9,350 nt of DNA from Octopus sinensis. Its lineage: Eukaryota. The DNA is taken from assembly GCF_006345805.1 (NCBI RefSeq), contig NW_021827985.1, positions 1 to 9,350 of the forward strand. The letters run 5' to 3'. Under the pieces are notes generated by a model. The model made no database searches, was not told the DNA's origin, and saw nothing but the letters and a program-made list of their open reading frames with translations. The translations under genes and the position numbers were made by a program. Positions 1-7,262 of this stretch are shown here, piece after piece; position 1 is the stretch's first letter; each line of letters opens with the position of its first letter.

Positions 1-12
1 GTTGTAATGTAT

Positions 13-42
13 ATCATTATCATCATCATCATCATCACCATC
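13..42. repeat. (ATC)n microsatellite
   Basis: atcattatcatcatcatcatcatcaccatc read directly. Confidence 0.9.
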
Positions 43-126
43 TCAGTTGTGGTCGATGATTGGACATCTGGTCATTGGTGTCTGACATTAAGAAAAAGAC
101 AATTTCATTCACAATCCTCAGAGGTG

Positions 127-553
127 CAAATAATCATATTTTGCAGTTAGAAGGCCTGATTTAGTAGTAGTAGATAAGGAGAATAGAAAGTGCTAGATAA
201 TTGACTTTACACTTCCAAATGATGAAAAATCAATATGAAAGGTATAGAAAAAACAGCAAAGTATTAGAACCTAGCCATTGAATTACAGAGACTATGGAAA
301 GTGCTGGTAAAATGTATTCCAGTACTTATAGGTGCATTAGGAAATATCTCTAAATATTTGAAAAGATGAATAGAGGAAATAGGTATAAAAACCAGTTTAG
401 TACAGTTGCAGAAAATAGTATTATTAGGGACAGCTAGGATACTTAGAAGGGTTCTTGGCATCTAAGGTTACGTATTGTAGCCCAATGTTAGGATTTTTCT
501 TCTCCAACAGTCTAATGTGTTGTGTGTATATGAATAATGATAATGGTGATAAT
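127..553 (+). mobile_element. R4/Dong-clade non-LTR retrotransposon 3' end, copy 1 (decayed restriction-like endonuclease C-terminus, 3' UTR and TAA/TGA-like tail)
   Basis: Manual translation from 143 with one frameshift gives AVRRPDLVVVDKENRKC*IIDFTLPNDEK/INMKGIEKTAKY*NLAIELQRLWKVLVKCIPVLIGALGNISKYLKR*IEEIGIKTSLVQLQKIVLLGTARILRRVLGI*, with the stop at 463-465. This shows the RPD..D..P...EK..KY REL catalytic pattern and the IGALG / LQK..LLGTARILR C-terminal motifs typical of R4/Dong. Tail gaataatgataatggtgataatga at ~532-555. Confidence 0.88.
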
Positions 554-1050
554 GAAGTATTCAAAGTGTGGGGCATGAAGGTAAAAATAATACCAATAAT
601 AACTGGAGCATTGGGCATGATAAAAAAACATATGAACAGAAGTGTAGAAGCTATACCTGGATCCTCAACACTACACACTTTTTAAAAAATAGCCCTACTA
701 GGAACAGCCCACATTCTATGCAAGACACTATCAATCCAATAATACAACCTAAACAAAACAACCTACAAATACAAGACACACTCTATACATCATTTACCCA
801 GTGAAATATACTTCCACCAGCAAGCTAAACAGCCAAAGCACTACACACTCAACACATACTATGAGCAGTAACACAACAGAAGACAGCACCACATCTCAAG
901 GGGAAAAAAGGTAATAGAGTAGAGTACTGGGAAGATGCACACTCCCAACAGCAGAAAAGAACATACAATGCTGCAACCCCCAGCAACACAGCAGTGTAGC
1001 AGGTGACGCAGTAGAAATTTGTCTCAATCTAACAAATATTGAACAATTAT
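554..1050 (+). mobile_element. R4/Dong-clade non-LTR retrotransposon 3' end, copy 2 (different subfamily, heavily 5'-truncated) with probable 3' UTR
   Basis: 554-742 translates EVFKVWGMKVKIIPIITGALGMIKKHMNRSVEAIPGSSTLHTF*KIALLGTAHILCKTLSIQ*, which has the same GALG and LLGTAHIL motifs as copy 1 but a clearly different sequence. 743-1050 is A/C-rich and is assigned as 3' UTR by position only. Confidence 0.8.
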
Positions 1051-1064
1051 ACGACGACTACGAC

Positions 1065-1122
<58 letters not shown>

Positions 1123-1156
1123 CGACGACGACGACGACGACGGTGATGATGATGAT
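1051..1156. repeat. (GAC)n microsatellite ending in (GAT)4
   Basis: About 90 nt of gac units with gactac, gacaac and a 1-nt deletion as interruptions, followed by ggt gat gat gat gat. Confidence 0.95.
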
Positions 1157-1516
1157 TTATTTTATAATTATTTTATGAATTTAATAGGACTTCATCAGCA
1201 AAAGTTAAGTTTTGTTTTTAAGAAATTTGCATTTTGGCTTACCTACCTGCTTCTTTAAAAGATATTCTATAGAATACTTTTCAAAGTTTGTGATGCATAA
1301 GAAATGCCAACTATATTTTAGAAATGAAATTCAAGAGCAGCATCCAAGAAACTGAATATAAGCTGAAAGGAAACAATCTGTTCAGTGGTTAAGTCAATCA
1401 TCTCGAGTTAAAGGTAATGAAAAAGCTGGAAAACATTATATCTGAATAAGTTAGCCTTGATTGAACAGACATTTTACCAAAGGCATTCTAGTTATGATCT
1501 TTTCATCCTTTCCCTG

Positions 1517-1803
1517 TGTTGTGGCAAGAGTCATGACACCCCCTGTGAGAACAGACTCGACTGAACGACTATAAATAATAGGGGTCAGAATGAGAGAGAA
1601 TAGGCGTTAATTGCAGAAAGTCGTAAAGTGTCATTTGGAGAGTTTGTCAGAATATCACTTGTTGATTCATTTATAGTTTGTGGAGCACTTGTTGTATTGT
1701 TAGGTTGTGACCCTGCTTCATTACATATTATTGTTACTACATAGTTATAGTGTAAACAAGTATCATTATAAATAGTGGCAATGCTACAATAATTGACAAC
1801 GAG
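1517..1803 (+). mobile_element. Possible LTR plus primer-binding-site remnant of an LTR retrotransposon
   Basis: Starts tgttgtgg (1517) and ends ctacaata (~1791), an imperfect terminal inverted match of 6/8. Internal tataaata at 1570. Followed by tgacaacgag (1794-1803), which resembles the TGGCGACGAG-type PBS of Ty3/gypsy elements. No TSD, second LTR or recognisable gag was found. Confidence 0.33.
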
Positions 1804-1969
1804 TAACTAAGTTAGAGATTCCTTGTTTTTAGATGCTACAGTATTGTTTAGCCATTTCTTAAACAAACTTCGCCTTTAAGTATGAGGAAAAGATGAATTT
1901 AGTTAGACAGACAAATTATTAAGAGACCATGTGGCAAAAAAGTAAGATATTAAGTGGTCAACTTAATAT

Positions 1970-2938
1970 CAACTCAAAGACCCAGCAAACAGACAAAAAT
2001 TTAGAGATTTACTAATGGAAGCTTCTGAAGAAAGAGAGGAAGAGTTGGGGACACATAGCTTAGAGGACAACTGAAAGTTCCTGAGGGACAATCTACTGAG
2101 TGCTACAGATGAAATCTGTGGTTGGTGCAGAGTCCCAGCTAGATCAAGGGTGACATGGTAGGGGAGCAAGGAAGTTGACAGTGCTATAAAATCAAAAAGA
2201 CAGGCCTGGAAAAACTGGAAAACCAGAGGAAGTAGAGAATTATATCAGGTAGCCAAAAGGGCAGCTAGGCGTCAGGTATGCATAGCAAAAGGAGTAGCTG
2301 AAGGTAAGAGATTTGCAAATGTTCTACAGTATGAGATGTTCAGGATTGCAAAGCAGTGTATCAGAGAGAATAGAGATGTGGTGGGTGAGAAATGTGTGCG
2401 AATGGATAATGGTATGCTTGCACTTAGCAAATCATAGAAGTAAGATGTATAGCAGTGTCACAATGAAATGTTATTAAATGTGGAATATGAATGGGAGGAG
2501 AGTTTACCAAATATCGAACCAATTGAGGAACTAGCCATCAGAGTTGATAGAAGTAAAATAGATAAGGCAATTAAGGACATGAAGATAGGGAAAGCCCCTA
2601 AGCCATCAAGAGTCATTACCGAGATGATTAAAATTTCTGGTGGTGTAGGATACAGCTTAGTCACCTGCATAGTTAATCAGGTTATTCAGGAAAGCACCAT
2701 CCTCAATGACAAGTGTAGTAGTATAATAGTTACAAGGGTAAAAGTGATGCCTTAGATAGAAACAATTACAGAAGTATTAAATTGCTAGACCAAGTCATGA
2801 ATGTTAGAGAGAGTTATGGCTCAATTGATTAGAAATAGAATGAAACTAGATGAGATGCAGTTTGGTTTTGTACCTGGAAAGAATTCCACAGATGCCATCT
2901 TTGAAGTGAGACAGCCACAAGAAAAGTATATGGCAAAA
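1970..2938 (+). mobile_element. RTE-clade LINE, linker and N-terminal reverse transcriptase region (pseudogenised)
   Basis: Translation: LKDPANRQKFRDLL...EDN*KFLRDNLLSATDEICGW...TW*GSKEVDSAIKSKRQAWKNWK...AIKDMKIGKAPKPS.../YKGKSDALDRNNYRSIKLLDQVMNV/ERVMAQLIRNRMKLDEMQFGFVPGKNSTDAIFEVRQPQEKYMAK. These are the NYR.I.LL and QFGF.PG.ST.DAIF motifs of RTE RTs. Several stops and frameshifts; includes track ORF 2468..2755. Confidence 0.93.
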
Positions 2939-3020
2939 TTCCTCATCTTTTAAAATGTGGCCCACGTAGACCCGAATGAAATCGGGTTATAATACTGAAA
3001 CACGTAAGACAATAATAAAA
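2932..3020 (+). repeat. 89-bp filler, a copy of the Helitron-like segment at 3838-3926
   Basis: Gapless alignment to 3838-3926 with 6 mismatches in 89 nt, counted by hand. Confidence 0.9.
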
Positions 3021-3191
3021 GCACCCACTACACTCTCGGAGTGGTTGGCGTTAGGAACGGCATCCAGCAGTAGAAACTCTGCCAGATCAGATTGGACCCT
3101 GTGCAGCTATCTGGTTCGCCAGACCTCAGTCAAATCGTCCAACCCATGCTAGCATGGAAAGCGGACATTAAACAATAATGATGATGATGAT
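3021..3191 (+). mobile_element. RTE LINE 3' UTR with (GAT)n tail
   Basis: gcacccactacactctcggagtggttggcgttagg...caacccatgctagcatggaaagcggacattaaac followed by aataatgatgatgatgat. It matches my recollection of the abundant octopus RTE 3' end; short tandem-repeat tails are typical of RTE. Same strand as the RT fragment upstream. Confidence 0.8.
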
Positions 3192-3293
3192 ATATATATA
3201 TATACGTGTATATGTATAAAGTGTATATATTTATATATATGTGTGTGTGTAGACATGTATATATAATGCGTATATATGTACATATTTAATGCG

Positions 3294-3361
<68 letters not shown>

Positions 3362-3363
3362 AA
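3191..3363. repeat. Compound (TA)n/(TG)n microsatellite followed by (TAA)n
   Basis: Read directly. Explains the YIYI/YYYY tail of track ORF 3231..3494. Confidence 0.95.
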
Positions 3364-3395
3364 ATATTAGGGAATAAATCCAAATTTACAGGGAA

Positions 3396-3642
3396 AAAAT
3401 GGGGTCTAAATGGGGCTGGAAGGGGATTAAAATTTACAGGAGAGGATAATTTGAGGTGAGAGAGAAATTGATCGGGAGACGTTTTGGGGCACAACAGTAG
3501 TTGCTTTGGTTGAAAACGGAGATTTTATTGATTTTTGTGGACACTTGGGGGTCTAGATTGGACATCTTTTGCCTGATTTCAATCAAATTTTCAACATGAT
3601 AAAGTGGAAACGGATTTGTAATTTAAGTGCGGAAATTTAATT
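3396..3642 (+). repeat. Direct repeat B, copy 1 (247 nt)
   Basis: Matches 4011-4254 except for a 4-nt GA indel, a 1-nt T indel and one C/T substitution. Confidence 0.95.
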
Positions 3643-3837
3643 CTTTATATTAAAAATTTTTATGTATTGATTAAGTCTTTCCTTGCTTGTTTTGCAAAAT
3701 AGTGGTTTTGTCTCGAATTAATATTATATATATATATATATATAATGTGTGCATATGTGGTCAGATTGAGCTGAAAATATGCACACCTATGTTAAAAGTG
3801 CTAGTGAGTTTGCTCAATTGAAAGGCATGGCCTCTAG

Positions 3838-3963
3838 GGCAAAATTCCTCATCTTTTAAAATGTGGCCCACGTAGACCCAAATGAAATTGGGTTATAATA
3901 CCAAAACAAGTAAAACAATAATAAAATTTTTAATCCTGAGCAAGGCCGGGTATATCTGTCTAA
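3838..3963 (+). mobile_element. Helitron-like 3' terminal segment
   Basis: cctgagcaaggccggg (3935-3950; decayed ccNg...cggg hairpin) followed 9 nt later by CTAA (3960-3963) and then T. This is the hairpin-plus-CTRR pattern of Helitron 3' ends. Confidence 0.65.
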
Positions 3964-4010
3964 TCTATAAAATGAAGAAGGCAAACGTTGATACAAATTG
4001 ATTTTTATGT

Positions 4011-4254
4011 AAAATGGGGTCTAAATGGGGCTGGAAGGGGATTAAAATTTACAGGAGAGGATAATTTGAGGTGAGAAATTGATCGGGAGACGTTTTGGGG
4101 CACAACAGTAGTTGCTTTGGTTTGAAAATGGAGATTTTATTGATTTTTGTGGACACTTGGGGGTCTAGATTGGACATCTTTTGCCTGATTTCAATCAAAT
4201 TTTCAACATGATAAAGTGGAAACGGATTTGTAATTTAAGTGCGGAAATTTAATT
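4011..4254 (+). repeat. Direct repeat B, copy 2 (244 nt)
   Basis: See copy 1 at 3396-3642. Confidence 0.95.
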
Positions 4255-4262
4255 TTTTTATA

Positions 4263-4410
4263 AATGGGAGAGAGATAGATAGAGAAAGATAAAGAGTAAG
4301 AGAAAGCGAGGGAGAGTCCGAGAGAAAGGAAGAGTAAGAGAGTGGGAAAGTGAGAGAGAAAGGAGAGAGAAATAAAGAGGGAGAATGGGGCGAAAAGAAA
4401 CAGAAAGGAA
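4263..4410. repeat. Purine-rich (GA)n-derived low-complexity tract
   Basis: Almost pure A/G on the + strand. Explains the S/L/F-rich minus-strand ORFs 4203..4457 and 4235..4438. Confidence 0.9.
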
Positions 4411-4806
4411 GCAACAGAAAGTAACAACCACACCTCACCCATGCGTAGAGGGGTCACATTAAACTAGTTGAATTATATTTTGTATATAATCATCTATATA
4501 GTCTTTTGAATCCACTCTTTGATTTGAGGTTTTCTTCGGTTTTTATAATTGGATGAATTTATATTGAATTCATTTACTTTATTATTTTTTCATTGCTTGC
4601 TTAAGACTGTTAACTGAAAGGACCAATGAAACAACTCTATTTTTAAAGGGGCATCCTTTAAGTAGTTTTCGATCATATCGTTATTTCTGTTCTATTTTAA
4701 CAAAACTGTCAAACGAATGGGAACATGAAACTCTGAGTAACAGCTTTTATTAAATTTCTGCTGCTTTTCAATAAAGTATATATATATATGTATATATATA
4801 TATGAG

Positions 4807-5147
4807 CTAGCAACCATTATCTCGGCCTATGCCGCTCAGCCAAGGCTACCCGATGGACAGAAAGACTGATTCTATGACTCCCTCTTGCAGATTACCTCGT
4901 TGACAAATGATAGGGACCTTATAGTTGTGGCTGGTGACTTCAATGGACATGTTGGACAACATACAGGGGACCCTCCATGACATACATGGAGGCTACAGTT
5001 TTGGTTCCAACAATGAGGAAGGAACCAGGATGCTGGAGTTCTGCGATGCAAATGATCTTATGGTTTGCAATACTAACTTCAGGAAAACTGCCAGTCACCT
5101 ACCGTTCTGGCAGACACACTAGCCAAATTGACTACATCCTCGCCAGA
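4807..5147 (+). mobile_element. RTE-clade LINE apurinic-like endonuclease fragment (pseudogenised)
   Basis: LATIISAYAAQPRLPDGQKD*FYDSLLQ...LIVVAGDFNGHVGQHTG/TLHDIHGGYSFGSNNEEGTRMLEFCDANDLMVCNTNFRKTASH/TYRSGRHTSQIDYILAR. Contains the SAYA, GDFNGHVG, N.EG..L.F, NT.F and SQIDYIL motifs of APE domains; two frameshifts. Confidence 0.93.
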
Positions 5148-5433
5148 GTTAGAAAGACCCCTTCATGGGGACTTAACACCCACAATTTTGTCATTTTATC
5201 TAAGCAAAGACGAATAGTTGTACTCTTGGAAGCTGTGGGATTATCCAAGCATAGATGAGCATTATTTGTAATTCAGTGGTACAACAGTGTAAGAGTTTGC
5301 TTTGACATACACTTAGATTGTGATTTCTGCAATGTGCTGCATATAAATTGTCAAGTAAACGAGAAGCATCTTTGCCTCCACTGATTCAGTTGCAAAGTGT
5401 TGAGTAAAGTTATTTGATTGCAGTTATTCTATA

Positions 5434-5612
5434 AGTTATTCTATTAGTTTCTTCTTGTGAAAACAGTAAGTTATGGGGATGTAAATAAACGAACAGCAGT
5501 TGTGAAGCAGTGATGAGGGTGAAACACAGAAACAAAGTCACACACATACACTTAAATATATACATACATATATATACGATTGATTTCTTTAAGTTTCTGT
5601 CTACGAAATCCA
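5434..5612 (-). mobile_element. Partial duplicate of the tRNA-SINE body (equivalent to 5848-6031)
   Basis: Colinear similarity with 5848-6031, including ttattctat-agtttcttcttgtgaaac, gttatggggatgtaaataaa, cagtgatgaggg and tacgattgatttcttt-agtttctgtctac-aaatcca. Confidence 0.88.
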
Positions 5613-5676
5613 TATACATATATATATATATATATAGATATATGTATATATAGATATATGTATATATAGATATATG

Positions 5677-5732
<56 letters not shown>

Positions 5733-5770
5733 GTATGTAAGTATATATATACACACACACACCACACACA
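5613..5770. repeat. (TA)n / (CA)n compound microsatellite
   Basis: Read directly. Explains ORFs 5552..5773 and 5601..5792. Confidence 0.95.
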
Positions 5771-5829
5771 CAAAGATAAATTGTGTGGGCAAACAAAAAT
5801 ATGAGATACTGCCTAGCGGTTTTTTTTTA

Positions 5830-6159
5830 TTTTGATAAGCCTGGTACTTATTCTATCAGTTTCTTCTTGTGAAACTAGTAAGTTATGGGGATGTAAATAA
5901 ATGAACACCAGTTGTGTGTGCAGTGATGAGGGAGAAACACAAAGACACACACATAGACTTACTTATATACATACATATATATATATATATATATACGATT
6001 GATTTCTTTCAGTTTCTGTCTACAAAATCCACTGACAAGGCTTTGGTTGGTCTGAGGCTATAGCAGAAAACACATGCCAAGTCACTACACAGTGGGACTG
6101 AACTTAGGACCATGTGTTTTGGAATGAAGGTTGTTACCCCACAGCCACACCTGCACCTA
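5830..6159 (-). mobile_element. tRNA-derived SINE (octopus-type), near full length, with internal microsatellite
   Basis: Minus strand starts taggtgcaggtgtggctgtggggtaac, with A-box-like tggctgtggggt at 6147-6136 and B-box-like agttcagtccc at 6104-6094. The body (ctatagcctcagaccaaccaaagccttgtcagtggattttgtagacagaaactgaaagaa) matches my recollection of the abundant octopus SINE. The 3' boundary is approximate. Confidence 0.85.
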
Positions 6160-6162
6160 TGC

Positions 6163-6340
6163 ATGTGTGTGTGTGTGTGTGTGTGTGTGTATGCGTGTAT
6201 GAGTGTATATATGTATGCATGTATGTATGTGAATATATATGTGTACATATTACATGTACATCTATATATATATACATCTACACATATACATGTATACATA
6301 AACATCTATATGTATAGAAATAAATGTATACATATACAGC

Positions 6341-6376
<36 letters not shown>
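6163..6376. repeat. (TG)n - TA-rich spacer - (CA)n compound microsatellite
   Basis: Read directly. The outer (TG)n and (CA)n tracts are mutually complementary. Confidence 0.92.
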
Positions 6377-6377
<1 letters not shown>

Positions 6378-6378
6378 T

Positions 6379-6440
6379 GGTGCAGGTGTGGCTGTGTGGT
6401 AACAAACTTCGTTCCAAAACACATAGGCCTGAGTTTAAAT
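6379..6440 (+). mobile_element. Isolated SINE tRNA-like head, inverted relative to the 5830-6159 copy
   Basis: 6379-6435 matches the reverse complement of 6101-6157 at 51/57 positions. A-box-like tggctgtgtggt is present; the sequence diverges after the B-box position. Confidence 0.85.
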
Positions 6441-6659
6441 TTAAAATAATAAGGGTGAGAAATTGAATATTAATCTGATTAATATGAACTGAAAACCAGT
6501 GGTGTTGCATATAAGACCATAGCGGATCTTCTTCTAGCAAAATGGATGCCCCCCTTATATAATAGTTTGACTTTAATAGTTTCAGTATTAAAGTGAAAGT
6601 ATCTGACATTAGAATAGAGAGATGTTTTTGTTTCACTTTTAACATGTAATACTGATATA

Positions 6660-6832
6660 GTGGAGAAGATATGCTGTGGGTTCGCCCTAGGTAAGAAGTT
6701 AGAAATATTTTGCCCATGACACTCCCTGGACCCCAAGTAAGGCATGTGTAAAATTTGAATGAAATTTATTGTGTAGTTCTCAAGTTTTAGGGATTCACAC
6801 AGACAGACAGACAGACACACATTCTCAGTTTT

Positions 6833-6842
<10 letters not shown>
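6660..6842 (-). mobile_element. Non-autonomous Helitron/DINE-1-like element, 5' portion
   Basis: Minus strand reads tatatatataaaactgagaatgtgtgtctgtctgtctgtctgtgtgaatccc...aatttcattcaaattttacacatg. The TA-rich start, (GTCT)n block and downstream ttcattcaaatttt motif resemble DINE-1/HINE-type elements. The 3' end was not resolved. Confidence 0.55.
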
Positions 6843-6877
<35 letters not shown>

Positions 6878-7136
6878 GAAGAAAGTCCTATCTTTATTTT
6901 AGATCACACCTTTACTTCTTATTACAAAAGGATTGTTGGATTTACCTGTCATGCATGAGGATTTAACTGGGATTTATATTCTATTTACATTTACTGGTAT
7001 CTGATTGTTGGAAATTTAACCTTATTCTTTTATACTGAGTGCTTACTTGATACCTGCCAGGACTTTTTAATCCGATTTTATTCTTATCTGTCTGTCTGCA
7101 TGTCTAACTGTCTGTATGTATGTATATACATACACA

Positions 7137-7260
7137 CTAGGTTGAAGAAAAAGTCTGTGCGCCATGTTAAAATAATGAACTGAATGAACACACACCACAA
7201 AAATATATTTAAAAAAGTGTATATATTTAATACAGTGCACAAACTTTTTCCTTGACCTAA
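7137..7260. mobile_element. Mariner/Tc1-type MITE (~124 bp)
   Basis: TIRs 7138-7162 (taggttgaagaaaaagtctgtgcgc) and 7235-7259 (reverse complement taggtcaaggaaaaagtttgtgcac) match at 20/25. The (T)TAGGT start resembles mariner TIRs. TA follows the right end (7261-7262); the left TA is not intact. Confidence 0.75.
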
Positions 7261-7262
7261 TA

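Larger units (their letters stand above)
3964..4467 (+). mobile_element. Short non-autonomous Helitron-like unit containing repeat B copy 2 and a GA-rich tract
   Basis: Begins TC (tctataaaatg, 3964) right after an A. Ends accc-atgcgtagag-gggt (4437-4454), a 9-nt spacer, then CTAG (4464-4467) before a T. This gives 5'-TC / CTAG-3' termini in an A|T site. Confidence 0.6.

Noticed and set aside
264-804. Track ORFs 264..461, 424..678, 455..685 and 568..804 as genes
   Set aside because: They are antisense or off-frame readings of the two R4/Dong relics; only part of 455..685 is the true (decayed) element frame.
1322-1413. Plus-strand exon candidate (ttttag at 1321, aag|gtaatg at 1413)
   Set aside because: All three frames contain stops and the acceptor has a weak pyrimidine tract.
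5510-5530. cagtgatgagggtgaaacac (and the copy near 5921-5940) as a hammerhead core
   Set aside because: The first core base is G rather than C, only 4 nt separate TGATGA from GAAAC so stem II cannot form, and it is part of the SINE body.
1051-6376. CRISPR-like or other spacer-containing arrays
   Set aside because: The repeats are simple microsatellites or two-copy TE duplications; there is no repeat-spacer periodicity and the context is eukaryotic.
3231-6402. YIYI, CVCV, THTH and SLSF-rich ORFs
   Set aside because: These are translations of (TA)n, (TG)n/(CA)n and GA-rich tracts with no coding evidence.
6534-6537. CTAG as the 3' terminus of the minus-strand Helitron-like element
   Set aside because: No subterminal hairpin, and the next base on the minus strand is A rather than T.
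6340-6820. Longest track ORFs (6340..6717, 6479..6820)
   Set aside because: They run through a Helitron-like repeat, a SINE head and microsatellites; no recognisable domain.
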